Shown: piece by piece, positions 8,377-17,804 of the stretch | Layout of the letters: each line of letters begins with the position of its first letter | Position numbering within the stretch: position 1 is the stretch's first letter | IMG/VR virus record: IMGVR_UViG_3300024239_000014 | Location: 124,001-188,000 of that record | Length of the DNA: 64,000 bases | Strand: one strand, 5' to 3' | Made by a program: the position numbers and the translations under genes | Notes under the pieces: generated by a model | Databases searched by the model: none | What the model was told of the DNA's origin: nothing | The model's input: the letters and a program-made list of their open reading frames with translations, nothing else

Positions 8377-9843
8377 TTACTGAATGGCACTAAAGGCAAT
8401 CCGCTGGGCCACTTTGTTCACTTGTTGGTCAGCCAGATCGACTTTAGCGTTGACGTACTGCAACGACCACTTAGCTGTCGTCACACCATCACCACCCGCG
8501 GCCTTACAAACTGCCATCTGGACGTAGATTTCGTCATCAGACAGCGGTACCACCGCCACAGGCTCACCCAACAGCTTTACCGCTGGACGGGTCGCCTGAT
8601 CAGTCATCGCAACGTCGTACAGTTCCCAGTACTGCTGATAGCCGCAATAGCCATCCACGTACAGAGGATTGATGTCACGATCACCAATCGGTGGCGGATT
8701 ACCATTACGGACTGTACGAATACAGACCAAACGATCACCGGCGACCCAGCCGTCGATTTTGCTATCAGGCTCCAGATGCGTCATAAAGAGGCTATCGGCC
8801 AGCTGGTGAATCCCGCACTCAATGGTGTAGAGAAACCCCTCACTGGCCAGCAAGACCTCCGTCATCCGTCGGGCTGGTGGCATGGTGCGAGCATCGTCTG
8901 CCAGCTTCACCAGTTCTTCACCCATGATCTCATACAGCGTGGCTTCGTCGTAGAAGTAGTTACGACCATTCTCCTGCCAGAAGATTGCGTGATCAGTGAT
9001 GTCGGTCACGACCGTCTTATCGGCAAACAGCGAACGCTTACTACCGTTTTGTCCCAGTCGGTAGACTGTGCCATCTTCAGCCAACAAGATCAGGCTAACG
9101 CCATCGAGTACCCCACGAGAATCGTTCCATGTCGACAGAACGGTCTTCTGGACGGTTTCCTTCTCCCAATTCGGTATCAGCCGCGTCCAGCCAACACCCT
9201 TGAGAAACACTACCGGGTAGGCCAGTCCATTGTGAGGCGATTGTGCAGGGATTACGTATTTACGCATCCCGGTTTCAAACGCTTCATTGAGCTGGTCCAG
9301 AGTTTGCACCAGAATCAGCTTCCCGGTTTCCGGCTGGAACAGGTACTGCCAGGCTTCAATGGCCGCGGGACTTTCTGTGCGGACAAAGAACTCCAGATAG
9401 AGGGTCTGGGCATCCAGCCACATGGCACCCGTAGGACGTACCGCATCATTAACGACCACGGTCTGGCCTTGCTCATTGGTGTAACTGACGGTCAGGGTAA
9501 ATTCAATCCCCTGATCATCCGTGCCGATGAACTCCAGATCAGGGTCAATGGCAGGTACTTCTTCTTGGTCACCGTCATCGACTTCAGGTCGTTCGATCTT
9601 GCGACCTTCGAGTTTATCAATCAGTACCGCCTGGGTACCGATGGTCTTACCGCGAGGTAGGATCGTGGCAGTCAACACCGGTTCTTCCGGATCGACAGGC
9701 TCCTCAGGGTCTGTCGGTTCTTCAGGGTCAACCGGATCAGTCGGAATCTCAGGATCAGGAGTGGACGGCGTCGATTCACCACCACCACCGCCACCGCAGG
9801 CTGTCAGCAGCAGACAGAGCAACAAGACGCTAAGCTTTTTCAT
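8377..9843 (-). CDS. Large lipoprotein with Pro/Asp/Glu linker
   Basis: Signal peptide II MKKLSVLLLCLLLTA-C, poly-Gly, DPEEP repeats, then a beta-rich globular region. Confidence 0.85.
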   Translation of the reverse strand: MKKLSVLLLCLLLTACGGGGGGESTPSTPDPEIPTDPVDPEEPTDPEEPVDPEEPVLTATILPRGKTIGTQAVLIDKLEGRKIERPEVDDGDQEEVPAIDPDLEFIGTDDQGIEFTLTVSYTNEQGQTVVVNDAVRPTGAMWLDAQTLYLEFFVRTESPAAIEAWQYLFQPETGKLILVQTLDQLNEAFETGMRKYVIPAQSPHNGLAYPVVFLKGVGWTRLIPNWEKETVQKTVLSTWNDSRGVLDGVSLILLAEDGTVYRLGQNGSKRSLFADKTVVTDITDHAIFWQENGRNYFYDEATLYEIMGEELVKLADDARTMPPARRMTEVLLASEGFLYTIECGIHQLADSLFMTHLEPDSKIDGWVAGDRLVCIRTVRNGNPPPIGDRDINPLYVDGYCGYQQYWELYDVAMTDQATRPAVKLLGEPVAVVPLSDDEIYVQMAVCKAAGGDGVTTAKWSLQYVNAKVDLADQQVNKVAQRIAFSAIQ

Positions 9844-9889
9844 GGTATCACCTTTAGATGAAACTGGGTTGATGTGGTCCGACGGACGG

Positions 9890-11197
9890 CTATTCGCTCG
9901 AGCCGCGTGAAGACGCTTTCATTACTCTAATCAGCTTCCCGGCAACTTGGATGGCACCGTCTTTATCGTACACCGTATGCAGGGGATTCGGTGCGACACC
10001 GTTCTTGCCCATCGGAATCGACTGTAGTCTGCCAAGCATCTGGGTAAGAGAACTGTGCTTACTAGCCAGCACTTCGGCCGTAGACGGTGTTGCATCTGCC
10101 GTCGCTGTAGATTCGCCTGCACTGGTTGTGACAGCAGGCTCTTCTTTCACGGGGCAGTTATCACTTCTACCTGCCGCACGGTATGCCGCCTTGGTTGTAC
10201 GTAAGTCGAAGACGTAGTCTCCGCTATCCAGGCTATCGATGCATTCACCGTGAGGTTTATAGAAATCCAAGCGTTCAAACGTGTGGCTATAGCCATGATC
10301 TCCGATCACTTCGATGGTCATGAGCATGTCGGCATCGTACTTCATCTCAAACCTCATGTGCTCGTCCTCGCGCACGTCCTGTCCTTTATAGACTGCGCCG
10401 TAGAAACTGGGCCAAAGTACGGCCGGTTTAGGGACGTTGAGCAACAGTGTCTTTTCGATGTAGTCGACAGGTGACACCGCATCCAGCATGTACTTCTTCA
10501 AAGTCAGCAAGCTGTCGTAGGTCAAGGTATCGTTACCGTAAGCAGCACTCAAGAAAGTGTGCATGCGGTCGGTCAACCCCCAGCTGGTCAGGATCTCCTT
10601 AAAGACGTCCTTATCAAGCGTTTCGAACTTAACGCGGTACTTGAAGCGTCCGGGGCGGTTCAGGATGTAGCTGGTCAGCTTATCGTCATCGTTGCAGATA
10701 ACAATTGACAGAACCCCTTCATTCGACTGGTCGCTGAAAAACGTCAGGAGTTTTTCCTGGTACTCCTCTTCGTAACGCTTTTCGAATTCATCGAACAACA
10801 GCACGCAGCGGCCGATCTTGCTGACGACAAGGTCGAGTAGATTGTGCGAGTAGTTGCTGTCGATCAGGACCACCGGCAAACCTGCTTCAATGGCAGAATT
10901 GGCGATCAGTTCAGATGTCAAGGACTTACCAGACCCTTTTACCCCTTGGAAGATAGCGCCCAGCGGTTTGTTGGGGTTGGAGAAGAAATCACCGGCAATC
11001 GTGCTGGCGATCTTCTTGGCATCGCCGAGTACTTCAGCAGGCTGCTTAAATGCCAGCTGCTTCAGACAGAGGTTGACGTCTTTGTCGCTAACTTCGATCG
11101 TGTAGACGCCTGGCTCGACTGACTGAACGACGTCGGGTGCACCGGATACATTGAGCTTGTAGAAACCGCCCATGCGAATCATGTTCTTATTGGCCAT
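9890..11197 (-). CDS. AAA+ ATPase (435 aa)
   Basis: GVKGSGKS Walker A, LLFDEFEK Walker B, ILNRPGRF arginine-finger region. Start reassigned to the ATG at 11197 (RBS GAGGA). Confidence 0.85.
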   Translation of the reverse strand: MANKNMIRMGGFYKLNVSGAPDVVQSVEPGVYTIEVSDKDVNLCLKQLAFKQPAEVLGDAKKIASTIAGDFFSNPNKPLGAIFQGVKGSGKSLTSELIANSAIEAGLPVVLIDSNYSHNLLDLVVSKIGRCVLLFDEFEKRYEEEYQEKLLTFFSDQSNEGVLSIVICNDDDKLTSYILNRPGRFKYRVKFETLDKDVFKEILTSWGLTDRMHTFLSAAYGNDTLTYDSLLTLKKYMLDAVSPVDYIEKTLLLNVPKPAVLWPSFYGAVYKGQDVREDEHMRFEMKYDADMLMTIEVIGDHGYSHTFERLDFYKPHGECIDSLDSGDYVFDLRTTKAAYRAAGRSDNCPVKEEPAVTTSAGESTATADATPSTAEVLASKHSSLTQMLGRLQSIPMGKNGVAPNPLHTVYDKDGAIQVAGKLIRVMKASSRGSSE

Positions 11198-11244
11198 TGT
11201 CTGTTCCTCGGGTCTGTTTTTGGTTTTAGGTGATAGCCTAGAGT

Positions 11245-11260
11245 CACTTAGGTTATATAG
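11245..11260 (-). promoter_or_regulatory. Putative early promoter
   Basis: CTATATAAC-CTAA-GTG. Confidence 0.65.
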
Positions 11261-11284
11261 GCGTGAGATTCGATTGTTTTGGCA

Positions 11285-11320
11285 AATAGAAGGAGAGGGA
11301 CATCCCTCTCCTTTATGTTG
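11285..11320 (-). terminator. Motif-led hairpin
   Basis: CAACATA then an AAGGAGAGGGA/TCCCTCTCCTT stem. Confidence 0.7.
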
Positions 11321-11324
11321 CTTG

Positions 11325-11978
11325 TTATTGTTGGACCGCTTCGATGACCCACGCTCCTTCCGGGAACGCAAACGTCGCCGTCAACAGAACGCCAATACCT
11401 GGAGTACCAAGCTCAGCATTCGGGTAGGTGAATTCGACGTTCTTGGCAACGAAACTGTTGGGTGCTGTAGCGATGAGCTGTTGGATGTCAGTACCTACTG
11501 CCAGTTCAATCAACTTGAGCACCTGGTTAGCGGTATAGGGCCAGTCAACAAAAGTGGACGTCATCTGGATATCGCGACCATCGTCCAGACTCTCCGGTTC
11601 ATTTACCGCAAACTTACAGACCACTTCGATATCAAGACAAGGTTCACCGCCATCAACGGCGTCATTTTCCCACATCGACAATTTCAGTGTGAAGATCGGG
11701 GTTTTCGTTTCTTCATCGACACCCACAGTCATTGTTTCGGCAATGTCGAAGTCACCCATCATCCCGGCCAGAGCTGGGAGTTTCGCAAGCCGCCATGTCG
11801 CATAGCGGATAGCCGCCAATGCAAACAGTCGGTCCAGGCCGTACTTGGCAAGTACATCCGCCATTTGCGCATCGCTGACCCAGCTGTCAGGTCCGGCCGT
11901 TTCCGGAATATACAGGTTAACGCGGTCCATGTACCAGTTTTCAAACAGGCTCTGGTCTTCGGTAGACAGAGTAATCAT
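11325..11978 (-). CDS. Hypothetical protein (217 aa)
   Basis: RBS GAGGT; followed by terminator. Confidence 0.7.
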   Translation of the reverse strand: MITLSTEDQSLFENWYMDRVNLYIPETAGPDSWVSDAQMADVLAKYGLDRLFALAAIRYATWRLAKLPALAGMMGDFDIAETMTVGVDEETKTPIFTLKLSMWENDAVDGGEPCLDIEVVCKFAVNEPESLDDGRDIQMTSTFVDWPYTANQVLKLIELAVGTDIQQLIATAPNSFVAKNVEFTYPNAELGTPGIGVLLTATFAFPEGAWVIEAVQQ

Positions 11979-12095
11979 GAGGAACCTCTTTTCAGTATTA
12001 GGTGGAAATAGTCTCTACAAGGTAGCACAAGCCAATAACAAGTAGACTTGTGTCAGAACAGTTTTGAGCTACGCCTTTTTGGCGCTATTCTCGTT

Positions 12096-12314
12096 TCATT
12101 TCCACCGTGCTCCGTAGGGCCGCCAAACATAATCCCGGGGTTTGTGTTTACCCCTACGCTCGCCCTTGGGTGAACATTTACCTGCGGTCAGCACCAGCAC
12201 CATGACTGTTAACATCAGCATCAACAGCTTCGGAAGTAGCCACCAGGCTATTTCGCGCACTGTCTTAGAGACCACCAAGGCCAGCAGGAAAACAATCGAC
12301 ATAAACACAGTCAT
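12096..12314 (-). CDS. Small membrane protein (72 aa)
   Basis: Two hydrophobic segments, basic C-terminus, RBS GAGGT. Confidence 0.6.
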   Translation of the reverse strand: MTVFMSIVFLLALVVSKTVREIAWWLLPKLLMLMLTVMVLVLTAGKCSPKGERRGKHKPRDYVWRPYGARWK

Positions 12315-12340
12315 CGTCCATACCTCTTTTCTTGATGGTT

Positions 12341-12378
12341 AGAGGAGAGTGGAGTTCCACTCTCCTCCTATGCCGTTA
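12341..12378 (-). terminator. Motif-led hairpin without U-tract
   Basis: TAACGGCATAG then a GAGGAGAGTGGA/TCCACTCTCCTC stem. Confidence 0.7.
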
Positions 12379-13827
12379 GATGTTACCGAGTGGCTCAAGT
12401 ACCTGGTTCAAGGTATCGAGTACAGCATTGACAATCGATGGATCGCCGGTGTTGATGTACTTCAACAGCCCACGACGCAGTTGAGTGGCCACCCAAGCTG
12501 ATGGTTTGTCGCTGTCATTTTCAGGCTGACCATTGACGTGCCCGTTGGTAACACTTAACACGTTATTGAGTGCCGCCTGCATGGCATCGCCCCACTGGTC
12601 ATGCTGATCCAGCAGTTGCAACACCCAGATTGTCACCTGTGCCGCCATCGTTCGACGAAGACACAGGACTTGCAGGAGCTTCTTGATTGGCGACACGTAC
12701 GGCGACACCTGACGACCATCTGAACCGCGTACTCCGTAACCTACATGAGGTGCAGGCATTTCCACAGGGCGATATTGAGGTTGATTCAGCAGACGATTGA
12801 CGACACAACAAGCGGCGTCATCCAACATCGGTACTGCAAACGGATTGATCACTGCCGCCTGTTTGGGTGGAGAAATCCATGCCTGCCAAGTAGACATGCG
12901 CGGCGGTGTCTCCGGGGTAAACTGATAGGGGACACCGTGCTCATGGCGAACTCGATCGTCAGGAGCAGTGGTACTATCAGCAGATGCAGCAGCACCTTCT
13001 TCATCGTTGGTTTCAAGAAGCTTCATGACTTCTTTCAGCTCAGGGATGATGGCATCGAGGAACCAGTAAAGCTGCTGATACAGTAGTTGTTCGAAGCGAT
13101 GCGGGAATGTGTCGGCTTCTGCAGTTTTGATCACCAGACATTCCATGTCTTCGGCGAAAGATTTCACCGGATCATTGACATAAGTCCGCGACAGCTGCGA
13201 CATGGCAGTGGGTGTCAGGTACTTCTCGATCCAGCTGTGCTTGAAGAGACTGACGACCAGTTGCCCCTTCGTTCTGTTTTCTTCTTTGGCGTTTGCTGTC
13301 GGTGCTTCGGCAAACGCTGAGAGCACTTCGCTCAGGACCGCTTTCACCTGATCGACCTCGGTGTCATTCGTCACGTACGGGGTGACGGGTGGTTGATCGC
13401 TGCTCACAGGCGACTCCTTCTGTTTTACTGTGGACTTCTTCATCCGTTCACCCTTACTTGAAAGGTCGGCCTTAAGCAGCGGCACGACTTCTTGGGCGAA
13501 GACATCCAGAACCATCGACAATAACTCCTCGCAGTTGGTTCTAATCGGCATTTGCAAGGGGTCATTACAGTACCCCACGTTTGGAATGCCGCTGCTCGTT
13601 TCTTCAACGAGCAGTAACCAATCGCCAAACGCATTGAAATCACTGACATCAACATTTTGACGCGCAATGCTAATCAGCCGGTTGGTCGTGCTTTTTGGGA
13701 GCATTTGAAAAGCGAGTCCTGATTTACAGAACTCCGCAATTGTCTTGATTTTGGTTTCACGAGTCACCGGAACGAGGGTATCCGTCAGCACGTCGATCAG
13801 TACGTGAACCAGGGTGTTCTTATCCAT
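12376..13827 (-). CDS. Helical hypothetical protein, A-A-B domain layout (483 aa)
   Basis: RBS AAGGAGA; internal duplication and homology to 13839..14612. Confidence 0.75.
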   Translation of the reverse strand: MDKNTLVHVLIDVLTDTLVPVTRETKIKTIAEFCKSGLAFQMLPKSTTNRLISIARQNVDVSDFNAFGDWLLLVEETSSGIPNVGYCNDPLQMPIRTNCEELLSMVLDVFAQEVVPLLKADLSSKGERMKKSTVKQKESPVSSDQPPVTPYVTNDTEVDQVKAVLSEVLSAFAEAPTANAKEENRTKGQLVVSLFKHSWIEKYLTPTAMSQLSRTYVNDPVKSFAEDMECLVIKTAEADTFPHRFEQLLYQQLYWFLDAIIPELKEVMKLLETNDEEGAAASADSTTAPDDRVRHEHGVPYQFTPETPPRMSTWQAWISPPKQAAVINPFAVPMLDDAACCVVNRLLNQPQYRPVEMPAPHVGYGVRGSDGRQVSPYVSPIKKLLQVLCLRRTMAAQVTIWVLQLLDQHDQWGDAMQAALNNVLSVTNGHVNGQPENDSDKPSAWVATQLRRGLLKYINTGDPSIVNAVLDTLNQVLEPLGNI

Positions 13828-13838
13828 CTGTCTTCTCC

Positions 13839-14612
13839 TTACTTAACATTTTGTCTGATGATGTTGACTATGGTGGTCAAGACATCAACGGTCGGTGTCG
13901 AAGGTTGGTCAGCGTCCCCTGAAATGCTCTCTTGCAGTTTCAGTGAGAGCATCATCGCTACCTTAAGCTGTACCGACAGGCGCTCAGACCCACTCTGGCC
14001 GCAGGTCGGATAATGCCTTTCAAGACGATTAGACGCCATGCTAAGAATTTCTTGCATCGACTGACACCACCGACCTTCCTTGATCAACATCTCACGCAGC
14101 CAGTAACATACTTGCAGCGGAGCGGTATACCGGAAATCCAGAAGGATCATCAAACGTTGGAAGTTGTCGGTATGTGGTACAGCGGTTGCCGGATCACTTG
14201 CACGAAACGCGCATTGACTATTAAGGAAGTTTACTGCATTGTCCGGTAATCGCGGCACAATGAGACTATCTTTCGGCACAGGCATGGTCAGCGTTTTATT
14301 CTGGAACTCCCGAAGCGATGGAAGGAGAATACCAACCAGCCAAGTGAGTGCCTCACGGACCAGTTCGTTGCTAAAGGCGATTTCTGACAACACGCCCAGA
14401 TAAGTACCGTACTCGCGAATATCCATAGACGAATACTTGGTACGGAATGCCTCGAAGAACGTTTCAAAGCGTTCTTCGGTTACCCACTCGGTCTTCAGGA
14501 AACGTTCCAGGACCTTAACCAGCTTGTCTGGGTAGTGGTAATCGGGATTGTCTTCAATGGCACGGATGACCTTGGCGACTTCTGCATTGTAATCGATCTG
14601 GTTAGTAGTCAC
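13839..14612 (-). CDS. Helical hypothetical protein, A-B layout (257 aa)
   Basis: Shares the L..L..R.T...QV..W...L.....W...MQ..L pattern with the 483 aa neighbour. Confidence 0.75.
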   Translation of the reverse strand: MTTNQIDYNAEVAKVIRAIEDNPDYHYPDKLVKVLERFLKTEWVTEERFETFFEAFRTKYSSMDIREYGTYLGVLSEIAFSNELVREALTWLVGILLPSLREFQNKTLTMPVPKDSLIVPRLPDNAVNFLNSQCAFRASDPATAVPHTDNFQRLMILLDFRYTAPLQVCYWLREMLIKEGRWCQSMQEILSMASNRLERHYPTCGQSGSERLSVQLKVAMMLSLKLQESISGDADQPSTPTVDVLTTIVNIIRQNVK

Positions 14613-14643
14613 GGTGGAATCCTGTTAACTAGGGTGGATAAGC

Positions 14644-14665
14644 GCCAGCGGTGTAAACCGCTGGC
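14644..14665. terminator. Hairpin
   Basis: GCCAGCGG-TGTAAA-CCGCTGGC. Confidence 0.5.
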
Positions 14666-14692
14666 TACACAAACGGAATGTAGGTCTGAAAG

Positions 14693-14926
14693 CTACTGGG
14701 ATCGACCTTTTGCTTCCTTCAAGGCGCGGTTAACCGACGTAGCGTAGGCGTTCAGTCGAGCAGCTGTACTTAACTGAACCAGTGCTTTATACACCGGTAC
14801 GTTCATTTGGTTGTAGACAATCTTTTTGATCTTCGCCCAGAGATTGGAGATCTCGTCTACCAGCCATTTGGAAAAACCCTTTACCGCTTCTACCACTTCT
14901 TTGATTGCCGGATTAAAGTCTTTCAT
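14693..14926 (-). CDS. Small hypothetical protein (77 aa)
   Basis: RBS GAGGGAG. Confidence 0.65.
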   Translation of the reverse strand: MKDFNPAIKEVVEAVKGFSKWLVDEISNLWAKIKKIVYNQMNVPVYKALVQLSTAARLNAYATSVNRALKEAKGRSQ

Positions 14927-14949
14927 TACTCCCTCTTTTTTGCTGTAGG

Positions 14950-15999
14950 TTACTTATCGTCGGACACCTTCGCGATTTCATGGACTCGCCATTGCGTAAA
15001 GCCAGAGCGAGTAGGTTGCTGAGACCTCTCACTCTTATGCCTTTTCAGGATCTGGCTGATTCGGCCTTTAGAAAGGTCCCAACGAATAGCCACATCTTTC
15101 TGCGGTGTCGTTTCGCATTCCTGCACGATCAGCTTATCGCGCATCTTGCGCAGTTCTTTCGAAACGAGCTGATGCGTTTCAGCATCTTTCACGTAGTTCC
15201 TGATAAACTCCTGTACAGGGACTCCGTATTCGAGCTCGAAACGATTGGCATCCATAGCCGCCAGGAAATCCCTATTGTGATCATTCACAATCCGCTCGAG
15301 CTGAATACCGACGTCTGAAAGAGAATGCACTTCATCCTCTTTGGCGACGTGACGTGTAGGGTCGATGACGTATTGGAAGGCAACATCGACTGCCCGGTCG
15401 TACACGTCCTTAATTCGCTGTTTCAATGACGCGTCATCAAAATCCGAAATCGGGATTACTGACACCTTACGAGCCTTGACATCGTAGGTGTAGATATCGC
15501 CCCCGCAGGTCTTTGGATTAGTAATCTCCGTAATACGGACCGCTTCGACGGCTGACAAATCAGCACTCGTTGCCTTTATAAGCGTACTACAGTAGCTCAG
15601 GTGGTCGCCTGGTTTCATTTCGACCAGGGTGGAGTAGCCAAGACCCTTTAGGTGATAACAGACCGGAACACCTTCACACAGCCCGACAAACGCCAGAGAC
15701 ACTTCCGTACGTCCCAGCGTCATGCCGGTTTCCTTCACCATCTGAAGATGTTCGTTTAACGTACGCCCTTTCTTACCGCAGCTATTTTTCAATGCTGAAA
15801 TGAAGAGCTGACCATGGCGACGGTTTCCTGACGCACTGACGGCATAAAACTCGCAGGTCTTGTTATCGGCATTCTGCCACACTACCGGTTTATCAAACTG
15901 TCGAATTTTGATGGAATCGGCAGTGAAGTCTTCGTCGGATGGCATAGTACCTAGTGAGTCTGCAGCCAATACTTGACCGTCCCAGAAAATCGTCGTCAT
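14950..15999 (-). CDS. HslV/proteasome-beta-like Ntn domain fused to a Mor-like HTH
   Basis: N-terminal MTTIFWDGQVLAADS, IKI, EAV...TCGGDI; C-terminal RDKLIVQECETTPQKDVAIRWDLSKGRISQILKR. Confidence 0.7.
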   Translation of the reverse strand: MTTIFWDGQVLAADSLGTMPSDEDFTADSIKIRQFDKPVVWQNADNKTCEFYAVSASGNRRHGQLFISALKNSCGKKGRTLNEHLQMVKETGMTLGRTEVSLAFVGLCEGVPVCYHLKGLGYSTLVEMKPGDHLSYCSTLIKATSADLSAVEAVRITEITNPKTCGGDIYTYDVKARKVSVIPISDFDDASLKQRIKDVYDRAVDVAFQYVIDPTRHVAKEDEVHSLSDVGIQLERIVNDHNRDFLAAMDANRFELEYGVPVQEFIRNYVKDAETHQLVSKELRKMRDKLIVQECETTPQKDVAIRWDLSKGRISQILKRHKSERSQQPTRSGFTQWRVHEIAKVSDDK

Positions 16000-16017
16000 A
16001 GTGACCTCTTAAAAGCT

Positions 16018-16656
16018 TTAGCTGGATTGTTCTTGCACGACACTAAACCCGCGAGCCAAAACCGAACGGTAAAACCGCACAAGCTCGATGGAGCGCAGAA
16101 CGTCGTCCATTGCACGATGTGGACGATTGGGCTTCGGTACGACTTTATCAGCTTCACCCTCCATACCCAGCGTCTTGCACATCTCGTAGAACGCCGAAGC
16201 ATCGACGTTACGGTGGCCAAAACGTTTGGCGAGTTCAGGCATTTTGTGCTCAATAAAGCCACGATCAAAGTGCACCGAATTACCAACCAGATGCGGTTTA
16301 CGTGCACCGAAGTGCTTGTCCATGAAGTACAGGAGAGCGCTCTTGGATATGTAACCGGATTCCCGACACCACCCGCAGTTGTGACCTAAGTCGGTTCCGA
16401 TGGTTGCTGCTGTAAGTGCGGCAACTTCGGCCAGTAGACCGTTGTTAGTGTGCATTTCCACGACAACCTGATCAAACAACGTTACAGGATGAACATTGTG
16501 AATGCCATTAAACGCGAAGATCATCTGGATGGAGTCGATAACATTGAACTCCTTATCCAGCGCCACCATGGCGATTTCAAGGAGCGGGTATTTTTCTGGG
16601 TCAAAGCCGCCGGTTTCAATATCGACAGCCAGGTATTCGGCAGGGAGTTGTTCCAT
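16018..16656 (-). CDS. orn: Oligoribonuclease-like DEDDh exonuclease
   Basis: VDIETGG, EMHTNNGL, LVGNSVHFDRGFI, HRNVDAS, HRAMDDVLRSI. Start reassigned to the ATG at 16656 (RBS GAGGA). Confidence 0.85.
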   Translation of the reverse strand: MEQLPAEYLAVDIETGGFDPEKYPLLEIAMVALDKEFNVIDSIQMIFAFNGIHNVHPVTLFDQVVVEMHTNNGLLAEVAALTAATIGTDLGHNCGWCRESGYISKSALLYFMDKHFGARKPHLVGNSVHFDRGFIEHKMPELAKRFGHRNVDASAFYEMCKTLGMEGEADKVVPKPNRPHRAMDDVLRSIELVRFYRSVLARGFSVVQEQSS

Positions 16657-16707
16657 GACATTATTCCTCAGGAGTAAGTGTGTGGAGTTACTCCACACAC
16701 ACTTGGT

Positions 16708-17415
16708 TCAGTCAAAGAAGACCTGATCGTAAAGCTTCTTGTAAGCCGCATCAAACCCTTCAGATTCAAACAGGTTGACGTAGTCCTTAAATGCACCCAG
16801 GTCTTCAAACAGCAACTGTAGACCGTCGTTATCTGACCCATTGAAGTCTTCAACCACCAAGACGCCGCGGCGTTCGAGGTATGCCTTGTTTGTCTTCGCA
16901 TTGAAGATAACGGGAGTAGCGAGACCGAGCGTACCGTTACCGCGAGCACGACGGTAGAACAGTCGCAGGTGTTCGTAATCGCTCTTATGCGACTTTAACG
17001 CTCTGAGGATATTACGATCCATCAAGTTACGAAAACCGCCTTCAAGAATGCGTGTGAACACATCAAACCAGTCGACTTCATTGGTATCGACCATGGCGGC
17101 GATGTACTTGTTGAGAGGTTGGCCATCGCCACTACGATAGCGTTTGACTACGCCATCAAGGTCGAGTAACGCGTTGTCGATACCGGTGTATACACTGGCA
17201 AATTTGTAGCGACCAGGCGGTACGAGCACCTCGTCTTTACATGCGACCTGTTTGGTCAGCGTCAGCGTCACAGGTTCTGAAGAGTGGTTGCAATACTCGT
17301 TCAGGAGTACGGTAAGGTCTGCCGGGTCGTTCAGCAGGAGGTTGTAAGGAAGGCGTTTCAGCGGTGCGAGGGTGTTCATGAGAACCTCTACGGAATATTG
17401 GGTTGGTGTTTCCAT
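16708..17415 (-). CDS. Hypothetical protein (235 aa)
   Basis: Operon packing; start inferred at METPTQ. Confidence 0.7.
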   Translation of the reverse strand: METPTQYSVEVLMNTLAPLKRLPYNLLLNDPADLTVLLNEYCNHSSEPVTLTLTKQVACKDEVLVPPGRYKFASVYTGIDNALLDLDGVVKRYRSGDGQPLNKYIAAMVDTNEVDWFDVFTRILEGGFRNLMDRNILRALKSHKSDYEHLRLFYRRARGNGTLGLATPVIFNAKTNKAYLERRGVLVVEDFNGSDNDGLQLLFEDLGAFKDYVNLFESEGFDAAYKKLYDQVFFD

Positions 17416-17417
17416 GG

Positions 17418-17792
17418 TTAGCACTCCGATGCGTCAATCGACAGCTTCAGTGTGCAAACACCTGAGTTCACCGAAAACTCGTAATTGGTGCCGGTATCAC
17501 TGTCGATTGTTTCAAATTCGATCGCACTGGCGGCAGTACTCAGGTAACCGAAGTACCCGGCAGCACGTTTCACGTATTTTTCACCGCCAGGCTGAGTATG
17601 TATCAGTTGTTCACCGAAACGCCCCAACCATGCGCGAAGTACATCTTTGAAGTGCGGTACGGTAAAGACTTTATTCACCTCCATTGATTGGATATGTTCG
17701 CCAGGACGATTTTCAATCTTTACGAGATCACTCCAGAAGTGCAGGCGTACGTAGATGCACTTTTCCGGGATGATCACTTGTTTGACTTCCAT
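17418..17792 (-). CDS. About 120 aa paralogue-array member
   Basis: EKYVKRAAGYF resembles EPYVKKAIAGFL of 18620..18982; RBS GGAG. Confidence 0.7.
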   Translation of the reverse strand: MEVKQVIIPEKCIYVRLHFWSDLVKIENRPGEHIQSMEVNKVFTVPHFKDVLRAWLGRFGEQLIHTQPGGEKYVKRAAGYFGYLSTAASAIEFETIDSDTGTNYEFSVNSGVCTLKLSIDASEC

Positions 17793-17804
17793 AGCCTTCT
17801 CCAG

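Noticed and set aside
8422-9660. 412 aa plus-strand ORF
   Set aside because: Antisense shadow of the lipoprotein gene, explained by codon bias
9670-9790. DPEEP tandem repeat as a DNA repeat or contingency locus
   Set aside because: Synonymous codons vary between units; it is a protein linker
11172-12011. 279 aa plus-strand ORF
   Set aside because: Crosses a promoter, a terminator and a real minus-strand gene
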